Notes: generated from the letters alone by a model not told the origin. DNA of 64,000 nt from Eledone cirrhosa (GCA_964016885.1 OZ024740.1:372806001-372870000), one strand, 5' to 3'; numbered from the stretch's first letter, positions 50,616-63,815 are shown. Made by a program: numbers and translations.

Positions 50616-50761
50616 CACATCAATTATTTGTGCCAGTGCCACTCCGAAGGTCACATTAAGAGCCTCTGAGAAATTTGACGATGGCCGAACTTGCTTGTTG
50701 TAATTTTTCATTAAATCCCGCACCAAACGATACTCGTTTTCATCACATAAAGCTATGCTTG
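50616..50761 (-). CDS. Internal exon (probably exon 2) of a nicotinic acetylcholine receptor-like Cys-loop channel subunit, alpha9/alpha10-like
   Basis: Acceptor TTGCAG| and donor |GTAAGT, 146 bp, phase 1 to phase 0. Encodes (A)SIALCDENEYRLVRDLMKNYNKQVRPSSNFSEALNVTFGVALAQIIDV, the conserved N-terminal helix, Y...VRP and beta-1 strand of nAChRs, ending at the usual IIDV|DE intron position. Confidence 0.92.
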
Positions 50762-52473
50762 CTGCAATGGAATATTGAAAGAAATTTACATACGTCAACA
50801 TTACAGATATATAGAAAATGAAGGAATTAAAATTACAATTTTAAAATAGACAACTGTTTGTATAGGTACAACACCAACCATCTGAATACTCCGTCATTTA
50901 TGCATATATATTACTATGTGTGCATATTATACTGTTATATGAAATTGAAAACTATACTCCATTAAATAACATTTTGTTTTAAAATCACGTTTATTTTCCT
51001 TATGTGAAATTGTAATATTTTATATTAATACCAGTGTAAATTGTATTTATAATATGTAAGATAATTTAAAGACGAACATAATATTATTAATATTTCATTA
51101 CTAATGCGTTGATTATTGATACAAGGGAAGAATATCAGAAATGCGTATAGTGCTGTGTAATAATATATGATCATAGATATTAGAGTAATACAAAAAAATA
51201 GTCTACAAAATTACAATTATCAACATTTAAATTCTGCGAATATATGTGCCAAGTATTCATTTTATCACTGTGATGTCCACAGATGCATACCAGCAATGAC
51301 ATAAGGGTATCATTTCCCAATATATTAATGATCCGTAAAATTTGATGCCAAATTTACAAGTGGATATTCTATTAAGGAAAACAATGCGATACTTGAAAAT
51401 ATAAATTATATACTGACTGTAATAAGTGATTAATTAGGAATGAAACGGAAGATTACGAAAGTAATAAATGTTGTATTGTCTACATAGAATAACGTTTGGA
51501 TATTGGATAAGGAAAATGTGCATTAACCTAGGTCCATAATATAGAACATCCTATAAAATATTGCGATAACAGAATCGTGCCTGCCAGGAAAAATCGTTTA
51601 ACAATATTCATCCATGATTTGTATGTTACCAGATTTTTTCCAACGTTATATATTAATATATATATTCGAACTCTAAGAGACAAACTAATGAAAATGCCTA
51701 TTTACATACTATATTTCTTGAAACGTGTCATCAGCTGAACTAAATTCAATCCAGCTTTGGGATTTCAGCAGCATCAGATTAATTTCTTCAACTGGTCACA
51801 TCTTGTAAACACACTATTAATAAGAACATATATTCATAAGAATAATCATTTACATATATTGCTGTATCATGTGTCATAAAAACACAGTATTTACATTAAT
51901 CCTTTGTCGGTACTATACAGTATTGCCATCAGTTTCAGACAATTCTGAATGTCATGGATAATTGTAAACTCGATTTATTTACCTCATTACTAATGATTTA
52001 TTACTAATATTGATTGATAGGAAATTTCATTGAAGACAATTACCGTGTGTAGTTAGCCTGTAATAGTACTAATAATGGCTAATAGGATATTTCATTGAAG
52101 AGAGTTACCATGGGTAGTTAGTCCCTGACGAACAAGTTCAAAGGATTTAGTGAAATAATTTATTTTTTTACTGGTAAATCTAGTGAGTTGTGGAAACATT
52201 TGAATAATATATATGCTTAGAAATATATTTTCACGAGTCCATATATAATTCATATCTATGGAAATATGTTATAGTGTTGAAATAGTATCACAACAAATTA
52301 GTGTTATTTGCTTATATATATTTCTACTATGCATCTCTTAATCAACTCACTTTTAATATTAACCTTTACTTACTTATGGAACGAAAATACCTTATCTACT
52401 CTTCATATTTTGCATTATACATTGATTGGCTGCCCACATTCATTATTTATCTTTATTATTTTTTTTCCAGTTT

Positions 52474-52592
52474 CTGAGTTCAAATCCTGCCGAGGTTAAC
52501 TTTGCCTTTCATCCTTACGGGCTCGATAAAATAAAGTACCAGTAACGTACTGAGTAATTGCTGGCCTTGTGCCAAATGTAGAAACAATTATT
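52474..52592 (+). mobile_element. tRNA-derived SINE fragment
   Basis: B-box GAGTTCAAATCC followed by GCCTTTCATCCTT..GG.TCGATAAAATAAAGTACCAG, a central-domain-like sequence of metazoan SINEs, and an ATT tail. Confidence 0.6.
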
Positions 52593-54838
52593 TTCTTTCC
52601 AGTTTTGATAATAATTTTCATTTACCATTAGGAGAATGAAATATATATAGTTAGAAATTGTTTCAATCCAAAACTTGTAATAAAAGGGTTTTCAATCTTT
52701 GATTCTATAATAACCATACTGTCGGATTCAAGTAGATTATAGCTTCAAAGGTTGCGGGTAAAGTATTATCACACATGAATGTAGCATTCGTCGTTATATT
52801 GTAAATGTTAGTAAAACGTTTTATAAGATTTTTAGCCATTTTTTTTTGATATTTCGTTTATATTCATTATAGTACGATCTATTTTAATATTTTTTGATGA
52901 ACATTTCCTGATTAGTCACTTTGATCTGGACCTGTGCAGTATTGATTTTCTTATTATTTGCCTTTTCATCAAGATGAAGCTATTAAACAAATAAATCACA
53001 ATAAAGAGAAGACATACAAAAGAATTATTATAATGAAAAGATTTGATGTTATTTGTTTTCTGTGATCTATTTAATCGCATCAATAAATACAGGATATTGT
53101 TTGACCTTAATTTCAATCCATAGAAGCTATTGCAAAAAGCTCAAACATTACAAAGTTCTTAATAAATAGCTTTTGTCCTCGTGACTTATTTAAACTTTTT
53201 CTCCTCAAAGTAAATTTAATTCCACAGCGAAATGATTAATGGTGAAAAGTTACTTGGCTTGAAGCAAATAATAATTTTCTCTTGGCAAACGTAAAGCCGG
53301 AAGTGTCGTCGGCACCGCTTCCGATGGTACAGGAAATGAGCACATTACTTGCACATCGTTTACTGTTGCATAAAGGAAGGAGACTTGGACACCTGCTATG
53401 CTATTCCTTCTGCCGAATGCGGTGCGATCAGATTCTACTGGCTTATATTATTTTGATTACGTCCTATTTAATGTGCTATGCTCATTTCTCTTCTTATTGT
53501 TTTCAGTTTGTATTTCAGTATATTATCATTATACACTGACATGGTTTTCTATATAATATGAACATTAGACACAGGAGTTTTCAATGTTTTATCCTTTAAA
53601 ACTCTATACATTTTCTCATAAATTTCCGACAAATATCTTGAAAATTATTACTAAGAGCTTAAATGTAGGTTGTGAAATCCCTGTATGCTATATTTATTAC
53701 GTTGTGTACATCTTACTCGGTTTAAGAAAATATTTTTGTTCAAAGAATGATCGAAATAGATGAAGAAATGTTATAACATTCTAAAGTGAAGTTATAAAGA
53801 AATACGTACATATACCAGAATTCAAGAATCAGAATGTATATTGTAATAAATTAACCCATGTGAAAACATCAGTTTAATCAAATAAATATTATTATTCAAG
53901 AAATAAATTAAAATATATTATATTTATATTCTCATTGGAACGTGTTGTCCTACATTCGGATTTATTTCTCGCTGACGTTTATCGGATGGTTATGAATCAT
54001 TCCATGGCATACTTCGAATTGATTATAACCTTTTCCAATACATTGCATGTGGTAGTGATTTAATAAATGTAATTTCTAAATAACTTCTAAATTTCGAGAT
54101 TTTCGCTGTGGCTGTGCTGCTGATTACGATAATGATATCATGATGATGTACTTGATAATATTCGGATTATTAACATCGGTAAATGCAGGGGCATAGAACC
54201 ATAAAGATAAATTATTACTTCTTGATACGTAATTGTATTTCTATAAATTTGACTTAAATTTCATTTTGAAACAAAATCCATAATATCTGCATTTTCAGCA
54301 TTTCTCTTGTAGAGTTTGCATTTGTTGTGGGAGAAATATGTAATATCGCTGAAGATATTTATTTAATATAAACAGATGATTTCAGGAGCATTGGATATGC
54401 ATTACCATGACTAAATCAGTTAATGGAATGAGTAACCCGGCAACCAGAAGACTCATCATCTTCAAAGAGGGGTAAATAACATCAAAATGTCTATCGATAT
54501 GACAGCAATAAGTATAGCGCTAGCCAGATCAAAATCAAGGGAAGTAATAAAAATAAACGGAGTTACAAAGGCCAGAAGTGTATAGAACGTTCGTGGCATG
54601 ATAGAACAGATCATAGAAGCATGAGAAAAAAGAGTTTCAGGCATGATAGTAATCACGAAATGCATAATTAGTAATAACCCCAACTATGGTAACATGAGCA
54701 AGCGCAGTAGTAGAACATTCAATATCCACATGGACTTAACGATCTACAATTACGATGTGGGTGACAAAAGCATAGAAAAGAATTTAATTTGAATCAATCC
54801 TCGGTCGATTGTCAGACTACGGGTCTATCAAATATATG

Positions 54839-54919
<81 letters not shown>

Positions 54920-55119
54920 GCATTTACATATATGTATGTAAGAAAAACAAATATAAAATGCAACTGGAGTCTTTTAAGAATATTTATTTATTTACTTTAC
55001 CGGTTTCACTGATCTTATGATTTTCAAAAGAAAATTGAGATGGAGGGTCTGTGTTTCTGCTGTGGTTTGTCTCGCGCCTGATGCGAGAAAAACCACAACA
55101 GAAACACAAACGCTTGAAG

Positions 55120-55326
55120 TGACTGAGAGTACAAGACTCCCGAATGGACAGGACGCCAATCCATCGCAGGGTTAAACCCCCATTGCTGGTATTCATTCTC
55201 AGTTGAGTATACTGGCGCAACGTGAAATGAGGTGTTTCCTCAAGAACACAGCACGCAACCCAGGAATTGAACTCAGGAAATTATGATCGTAAGTCCAACA
55301 CCCTCACCACCAGACCACTCGCCTCC
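55120..55326 (-). mobile_element. tRNA-derived SINE (V-SINE-like)
   Basis: Minus strand: A-box GTGGTCTGGTGG, B-box GAGTTCAATTCC, TGTGTTCTTGAGGAAACAC and CCCTGCGATGGATTGGCGTCCTGTCC. Confidence 0.65.
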
Positions 55327-55400
55327 ACACACACGCACACACGCACGCTCGCACACACACACACACACACACAAATACACACACAGACAGACACACACAT

Positions 55401-55464
<64 letters not shown>

Positions 55465-56576
55465 TATATAGAGAGAGATATATAAATATATATATATGCA
55501 TATATTCCTTTAATATATGGCCAAAAGGAATCATAATTTATATCGAAAATGTATATCCATTAACATTTCAAAGCATTAATTACATCATACATTTGTTGTA
55601 ACTTAATGTTAAATTATGCTTTACGGCACGACGTATTGGAAATATAGTAAAACTTTTATAGAGATCGGATTTAATAATCATTTCTAATTCAAATTTTGTA
55701 ATATTTCCATACACATATCTGTTCGATTAAATTTATGAATTTATTATCAAAGAACTAATATGATAGTTACAAAACCGTATGTTTATTTTTCCCAGGGCAC
55801 ATGTATGTAGTCAATTAGTTGGTTCGGTTGAACATATTGTACACTGAACAATTGGAAAATATTTTCTGATAAGCACTGTCTTAAGGCCCATATCCAAGAT
55901 TATTGCTATATCTAGTACAGTAAGAGAATCTAGTCCCCTTGGCAATATTGAACAGCAAAATTCAAATTGTCAAAATGCAAACATATCGAGTTGTTAATTT
56001 AAAAATACATTTAGCCACATATAAAACAAGTTTGGTAAGCTAGGCATAAATATCAAGTACATTCTAGATTATATTATTCTTAGAAAAAGACAACATTTCC
56101 CATATTGTTGAGTAATCAATTAGCTGTACATCTCTAATAGAAGAGTGTATAAACATCATATACACACTATAAATACTAATTAGCTAATTAGCAACACAGA
56201 TTAACGTTTATGCGAAGCATTTCTGCTTTCACCCCATTCTTCAAATTTAATCTGTTCTAATAATAAAGAAATTCTAGGAGGAGGGGGCACAATTAAGTGA
56301 CCTAAATGTAAGAGACTAGGGAGTTACAAAATAACTGGATGAAGTAAGGAATAGAACGCTAATATGAATTAATACAGGAGGCTAACTTTCGTAAACTTAG
56401 AGACACGGTTTACATGTATGAATGATATGGTAAGCGGATTTTCTAGTGAGTAATTCAACCGTTCTTGAGAATTAGTGTCCAAAAGCTTCAGTCCGGCATC
56501 GACCAATTCTTCGAAACGAAATCTGTTTCATGCGGAAGTGAGTAAATTAAATCAAAGCGGCTACTGTAGCATCTCT

Positions 56577-56649
<73 letters not shown>

Positions 56650-56685
56650 GTGTGTGCGTGTGTGTATGTGTATATGTATATATAT

Positions 56686-58856
56686 ATAACAACACCAACC
56701 GAAATGGAAGACTACTGAGAGACACCCTGCTGGAGGCGAACTTGATAGCGACCAACCAAAGGTTTAGGAAGAATCCGGGGAAGATGTGGACCTACATCTC
56801 AGATATGCACCTGTCCAAGTCCCAGATTAATTTCAGATTGAAAAAGTGGCGAAATAGTGTTCTGAACACAGAACCATACAACTATTTCAGTACACTGGGT
56901 AGTAACCACCGGCTTGATAGTGAGGTCCGGGTGAGCTTACGAAAGAGCAAGGCTCAGCCCCGGAGAGCAATCTATGACTGAGGAGCTTTCAAGGAAGATG
57001 ATAAGCTACATGAGAGGTTCACAGTGGAAGTGAGGAACAGGTTCAGTGCTCTGTGTGGAGAAAGGAGAGAGAGATTGGATGAACTGAGGAGAGTGGCGCA
57101 AACAAGTGAGACCCTGGTGCCGAGGAGAAAGAACAAAAGGAAGCACGTCAGCTCTGCAGACCCAAAGGTGTGTAGAGCAAGAGAACACCTTAAAGCTGCC
57201 AAGGACCAATTCTATACTGATCCTACAGAGGAGAGGATGGAGACTGTGGTGGTGATGAGGGAAGAACTTTGTACCGCTTACACTGAGGCCAGAGAGGAGG
57301 CACTGTTAGAGAAGATCAGAAGTGTGGAGAGAGCGGTTGACAGGTCTGGATGCAAGGAGAACTGGATGATCATCAACGAGATCACAGGGAGGAAGAGAAG
57401 GTGTTCGAGTCAAATCCAGGGAACATGGCCCGAGGATAGGAAGAGGAAATGGCTAGACTATTTTAGGACCCTAGTAGGAGAGACGCTCCCTACAGCCGCC
57501 CAGAGCACTGGGGAGATCAGGTGGCTGTTTGAAGAACTGGTTATTGAGATAGAGCCCTTCACCAGAGAGGAGCTTCAGAGAGCAAAGAAGAAGATCTAGT
57601 CGGGAAGGGCTCATGGATAAGATGGAGTGACATCAGAGGTGATGAAGATGTGTGATTTTGATGATATCATCCTGGGGTTCTGTAAGCATGCACTGGAGAA
57701 AGGATTTGCCCCGAATCAGTAGAGGATCAGTAACATCGCCCCAACATCTCTCTAACACCAACAACTACAGGGGGAAGATCAACCACCAGTCACATCCTGA
57801 TGCTGAGGAGGATATTAGAGGGAGCTAGAGCAAAGTTCCTTCCTGCCGTCATGGTTTTCATTGACTTTAGGAAGGCCTTTGATTCTGTGGACGATCACTG
57901 CCTGATGAAGATTCACAGGCTTATGGAATCCCAAAGAAGATAGTGGACCTGATATCACTGCTCAACACCAACACCAAAGCCCAAGTCATTACACCTGATG
58001 GGATGACAGAGTTCTTTGAGATACTGGTTGGAGTGCACCAGGGAGATACATTGGCTCCCTACATTTTTATCATCGTATGGCCTTACACTGGAGAAACACC
58101 AGGTCTCTGGCTTTACTGTAGCACCGGCACAGAGCAAGAGAGTTAAGGAGGCAGAGGATTTGATGCAGTAGGTTTGGACCGTGTCGATGAGTGTGGGGCT
58201 GAGAATGAATGAGACTGAAATAAAATATCTGGTAGAGAATATTGAGAAGCCAGAGGGGATCACTAATGTAGGCGGGAAGTCGCTAGCATTGGTTGAGGAC
58301 TTCCTGTATTGGGAGCAAAGATTGGGAATACGGAAGATGATGTGGTTGAGAGGAAGAGCAAAGCCTGGGCGGCGTGCCACATCTTGAGATCGATGTGGAA
58401 GTCAGACGTTCGTAAAGACCTGTAAATCCGCCTCTTCATTGCTGTAGTGGAGTCTGTGCTGCTGTACGGGTCTGAGACTTGGACACTGACCAAGAAACTC
58501 ACTCAGATGGTTGATGGGAGCTACACAAAATTTCTGAACATTAATCAGTATACACTGAAGATGAAAAACTCAGAGCTGTATGGGAGCCTCCCAAATGTCA
58601 GCTCAAATGTGACACTGAGGAAACTGAAGTTAGCTGGACATGCTGACTGACATCCAGAGTTGACATTGCACTCAGTGCTCCTGTGGGATCCACTACATGG
58701 TCACACTGGAAGAGAAAGACCAATGCTAACTTATGTTGATGCCCTACGGACAGACACTAGTCTGTTGGAGACGCAAGACATGGCAGCGATAATGAGGGAC
58801 AGAGACCTCTGGAGAGAACTCGTCCATGGATCTCAGGAATTTTACCCGCCCGAGAT
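56686..58856 (+). mobile_element. 5'-truncated, decayed second copy of the RTE LINE at 7626-10900, inserted in a TA/TG microsatellite
   Basis: Colinear with ~8493-10900 ([19 protein letters not shown] ... EFYPP), with stops and deletions. Confidence 0.95.
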
Positions 58857-58951
58857 AGATAGATATACACACACACACACACACAGATATATATAATATA
58901 TATGTATGTATATATATATATGTTTGTGTGTGTATGTGTACATATATATAT

Positions 58952-59030
<79 letters not shown>

Positions 59031-59127
59031 CATATATATTATATATATACATATATATATTATATACATATACATAAATATATACATGTATATATATAAA
59101 TGTATATATATACACACATATATATAC

Positions 59128-59188
<61 letters not shown>

Positions 59189-59324
59189 AGTGTAATTTTC
59201 TACACAAAACGAAGGTTATAGAAAAAATTGAGGTTGGTAATGGCACATGGAATATATAAGAGACAGAATACTTTTTTGTGAAAAAACATAATTTTATAAG
59301 GTAAGGAAATAATAAAGGGTATAC

Positions 59325-59372
59325 AAAATGACCGGTTTCGACGGGTCTGCAAAAGCCATCTTTTCAAATGTT
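59325..59372 (-). ncRNA. Minimal hammerhead-like motif, U3-A8 variant
   Basis: Minus strand: AACAT TTGAAAA GATGG-CTTTTGCAGAC-CCGTC GAAA CCGG TC ATTTT. Confidence 0.55.
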
Positions 59373-59737
59373 AATTAATATTAAGAAAAATTAATAATAC
59401 GAAGAGTTAAAATTTGAGATTTGAAAATTCAAGTATAAAATTCATTGTGGGATTTCATAGTAGTTTTCATCTAGGTAGCAACAAGTTGACTGCTGTGTCC
59501 CTTTCTGGTAGTGAAGGAGAAGTAATTTGGGGTGTGGGTTATTTTATAAAGGTCAGATTTAGCAATGGCCAGCTCGCCAGCTGCTGGTCAGAGAGGGGGT
59601 GGAAGCATTATACATACATATATCTTCCTGTGGTCGGTAGGAGAGTGGAGCGTGATAGAAAGCGATTTAGTGCATCTACACCTATATATACACACATACC
59701 TTAATCCACACATACATACATATACATATACATACAC

Positions 59738-59776
<39 letters not shown>

Positions 59777-59899
59777 TATACACACATACATACACACATA
59801 CACACACACACACATATATACACATACACACACATATATATATATATACACACACACACATATATATACATACACATACATCCAGATACACACATACAT

Positions 59900-59975
<76 letters not shown>

Positions 59976-60303
59976 CCACACATATATACACACACACACA
60001 CATATATATACACACATACAAACATACACACACACACACATATATATACACATACACACACATATATATACACACACACACATACGCATACATCCAGATA
60101 CACACATGCATACACACACTCACACACGCACACACAATACATACATCCACATGCACACACATACATACACCCACATACAGAGAAATGGCCTCCAAATACA
60201 TATATATATATACATACATACACATATATTTTTTCCATAATATAAGAAGTTGGGACAGTGAAATTAAAATGACTTGCATTTTAATGGGTGTGTGTATGTG
60301 TGG

Positions 60304-60345
<42 letters not shown>

Positions 60346-60349
60346 ATAT

Positions 60350-60381
<32 letters not shown>

Positions 60382-60514
60382 GTGTATCTGGATGTATGTG
60401 TATGTATATATATGTGTGTGTATATATATATATATGTGTGTGTATGTGTATATATGTGTGTGTGTGTGTATGTGTGTATGTATATGTATGTGTGTGTGTA
60501 TGTATGTGTGTATA

Positions 60515-60555
<41 letters not shown>

Positions 60556-60924
60556 GTGTATGTATATGTATATGTATGTATGTATGTGTGGATGAAGGTA
60601 TGTGTGTATATATAGGTGTAGGTGCACTAAATCCCTTTCTATCACGCTCCACTCTCCTACCGACCACAGGAAGATATATGTATGTATATTGCTTCCACCC
60701 CCTCTCTGACCAGCAGCTGGCCAGCTGGCCATTGCTAAATCTGACCTTTATAAAATAACCCACACCCCAAATAACTTCTCATTCACTACCAGAAAAGGAC
60801 ACAGCAGTCAACTTGTTGCTACCTAGATGAAAACTACTATGAAATCCCACAATGAATTTTATACTTGAATTTTCAAATCTCAAATTTTAACTCTTCGTAT
60901 TATTAATTTTTCTTCATGTTAATC

Positions 60925-60972
60925 AACATTTGAAAAGATAGCTTTTGCAGACCCATCGAAACCGGTCATTTT
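60925..60972 (+). ncRNA. Minimal hammerhead-like motif, U3-A8 variant (mirror copy)
   Basis: AACAT TTGAAAA GATAG-CTTTTGCAGAC-CCATC GAAA CCGG TC ATTTT. Confidence 0.55.
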
Positions 60973-62253
60973 TTATACACTTGTCTGGGTTGTCTGTAAT
61001 TATGGTAATGTTACGTTGCAAGAAGGCAAAGTCGTTCGAATAATAGTAAATTTCAGTATGCCACTGCTTATGAATATTTACCAATAATTTCATTCGCTGA
61101 TTCACTGATTTGGCTCAAACTTTGTTCTACTAAAATGTTATAAGAGCTTTTTTCTTGTCCTAAACATTGTAGTAAGGAATGAGGTTTACATAAAAGATTG
61201 TTTTACAATTTCTTCTCCGATTCTTTAGATATAAATAATAAATTATATGATTGAGCTCTTGCGATTTTGATATTTATGGGACGCTTTAATATTATCCCCA
61301 AGTCAGCCATAACATATCTGTAAGTGCTTGATCATGTGACCCTTTTTTAATATATTCTATAATGGAGTATTTAGCACATTGCAAAACCAATCCCAGTGTG
61401 ATATTGAAAATATTATTGAAAATATGTGCCATGTGATTTTTCATGGAATTTAGTATTGCTAGACGATTTGATCGAATATGCCTAGAGCATTACAAACTGG
61501 TATACTTCCTTTACATGAATACTTTAGCCAATAATATTTCTTCCAATAAGCATCCTGTTATTTATTCGAACTCATTTATCATTTGTTTGTTAAAAGGTGT
61601 CTGGATTAACGTATTTTGTATAACATACTAGCAGTGGAGGACAGTTTTTATTTTTTCCATGAGCTATAGTGTATGTAAATCGGAGATTATAGTAAATACT
61701 TGTTTGAAATAAATAATGTTTTTTTTTACGTTATAGTGGTGTATTGGCCTAATTAATTGTTAATTGACTTCACCCACGGGTATATATATTTCAACGCCAT
61801 CATTTGTTAAGAGGTGTATAAAACAGGACATATATATTATTTGAAGACCAAATTAATTCTCCCTAACAGTAAGTACTTTTGCTATAATATCTTATATAGT
61901 AAACGTCGGATCTACAAAATTTATAGTTGAACAACTTACATTAAAGTCAATTATTTTACAAATATATATATTGATTATTTGGATTTATTTCTCTATCATA
62001 CATTTTGTGAAAGGAAAGCGTTACTGGCTTTAGGTTTCTACGTGAATGATCACAGTACGTTCCTATGGCAAGAATTTCAAGGGCATAATTCCTGATCACT
62101 GTCTAATTACATACCACGAGAAACTTTTGTTCAACACTGAAGTCAAGTTGTTTATTTAGACAAATATAGAACGACACTTTCCACACAAATCAGTGACATA
62201 CACCCAGATAAACATATATTATATATATATATTATATATATGTAGATATTATA

Positions 62254-62319
<66 letters not shown>

Positions 62320-62426
62320 CAGAGAGAGAGAGATAATGAGAGAAAGAGAGTGTGCGCTGCTGAGATCACGGAAATCGTGGCAGTATTTAATGCACGAGGA
62401 GGTACAGAGAGAGAGTATAGAGAAAA

Positions 62427-62485
62427 ATATCAAACCGAACTCGACGCCAAATGACTTCGGCTTGGCGTCCCAGTCAGTTTGATAT
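62427..62485 (-). other. 59-nt hairpin, pre-miRNA-like
   Basis: Minus strand: ATATCAAACTGA CTGG GACGCCAAG CCGAAGTCA TTTGGCGTC GAGT TCGGTTTGATAT. Confidence 0.4.
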
Positions 62486-62532
62486 CGCTCTCCTTCTCGC
62501 TTGCTCTGTATGTCTGTCTCTCTCTCAACACA

Positions 62533-62590
<58 letters not shown>

Positions 62591-63202
62591 TAAATATATG
62601 TGTGTGCATATATATATATAAATATATATATAATATGTATATATATATATTCTAAAATTAGTACCATGGAACAACCACTACTATAGACACCATATATATT
62701 TACGTGGGTACTTAGTACTTACTGGAATATCTATATCATTTATCTGAATTCTCCTTAATGTTGAGAAAAGAATGTTGTATCATGCTGCTATTTCTAGTAA
62801 CATGAAATATCAAATAGTCTATTATTCCCGCTCTTTCTAACGGCCCATTTGTGTGGTGCTCATTTTAACGGCTTGATCCATTCCCCGGCCAGAAAGCGAC
62901 ACATCCACATCTACGTGGATTTATATCTAGTAGGTGTGGAAAAACTATCTTTCCAATCTTTTGATTAGCGAAACCGTCGGTCATGGCACTATAAGAGGTA
63001 AATATTTAAATCGTATTTTAATTCATTTAAAAGTTTGTTTAATGTTTCCGTGTTCCGCTCATATATATATATATATATTTACTCATATATATAGTTACCT
63101 ACATTATATCAAATATTGCCATGGTTAACATATTGTTGGAGACGTTGCTATTCTCATTTTAATGATTGAACAGGTATAAATAAGCATATATGTTTATATA
63201 TA

Positions 63203-63272
63203 CAAAGGGAGATAAGCTGACAGATCTCTGTTTAATACTTTTGGTACTCCTCAGAGCTTATCACTCCCTTTG
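63203..63272 (-). ncRNA. Type I hammerhead-like motif, G12 substituted
   Basis: Minus strand: CAAAGGGAGTGATAAGCT CTGAGGA GTAC-CAAAA-GTAT TAAA CAGAGATCTG TC AGCTTATCTCCCTTTG. Confidence 0.7.
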
Positions 63273-63509
63273 CCTGCTGAAAATTATGAATGTTGGATTC
63301 TTATAGAATTCCAGTAATAATCAGGAACTGATTATACAGAGCAGTTGCCGGTCCAGCAAAAATTGAAAATTAGAATTGGTGCTATGAAATAGCGATATAT
63401 ATATGAATGTATATATAGTGTATTTTGCAATACACTGTATGCTTAATTAAAAGCATCCTGATTATTGCTGGAATTCTATAAGAATCCAACATACATAATT
63501 GTCAGCAGG

Positions 63510-63579
63510 CAAAGGGAGTGGTAAGCTCTGAGGAGTACCAACAGTACCAAACAGAGATCTGTCAGCTTACCTCCCTTTG
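63510..63579 (+). ncRNA. Type I hammerhead-like motif, G12 substituted
   Basis: CAAAGGGAGTGGTAAGCT CTGAGGA GTAC-CAACA-GTAC CAAA CAGAGATCTG TC AGCTTACCTCCCTTTG. Confidence 0.72.
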
Positions 63580-63726
63580 TTTGCTGAGAAAGGAAGTAAG
63601 TGACATAGTCACTACTTTAAAACAATAGGGTAAGGTCTTCAAACTTTTAATTAAGCATACAGTGTATTGCAAAATACACTATATATACATTCATATATAT
63701 ATCGCTATTTCAGAGCACCATTTCTA

Positions 63727-63815
<89 letters not shown>

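Larger units (their letters stand above)
59320..60979. repeat. Large inverted repeat with ~680-bp arms (59320-59995 / 60286-60979); probably inverted Penelope-type ends
   Basis: The unique segment 59320-59710 is the reverse complement of ~60585-60979, and the microsatellite portions also mirror each other. Confidence 0.92.
63202..63727. repeat. Interleaved inverted repeats A-B-A'-B'
   Basis: A 63202-63326 pairs with A' 63457-63580; B 63370-63453 pairs with B' 63644-63727. Confidence 0.9.

Noticed and set aside
52120-52165. CTGACGA-stem-GAAA motif, sharing AAGGATTTAGT with ~2617-2645
   Set aside because: Stem I cannot be formed; more likely part of a dispersed repeat.
54462-54735. Hydrophobic minus-strand ORFs as a possible signal-peptide exon
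   Set aside because: No suitable phase-1 donor found, the short ATG frame stops, and purine-rich plus-strand composition explains the hydrophobicity.
58744-60763. Long YIYI/HTHT/CVCV ORFs here and elsewhere (e.g. 28771-29573, 40231-40589)
   Set aside because: Translations of stop-free dinucleotide microsatellites, not genes.
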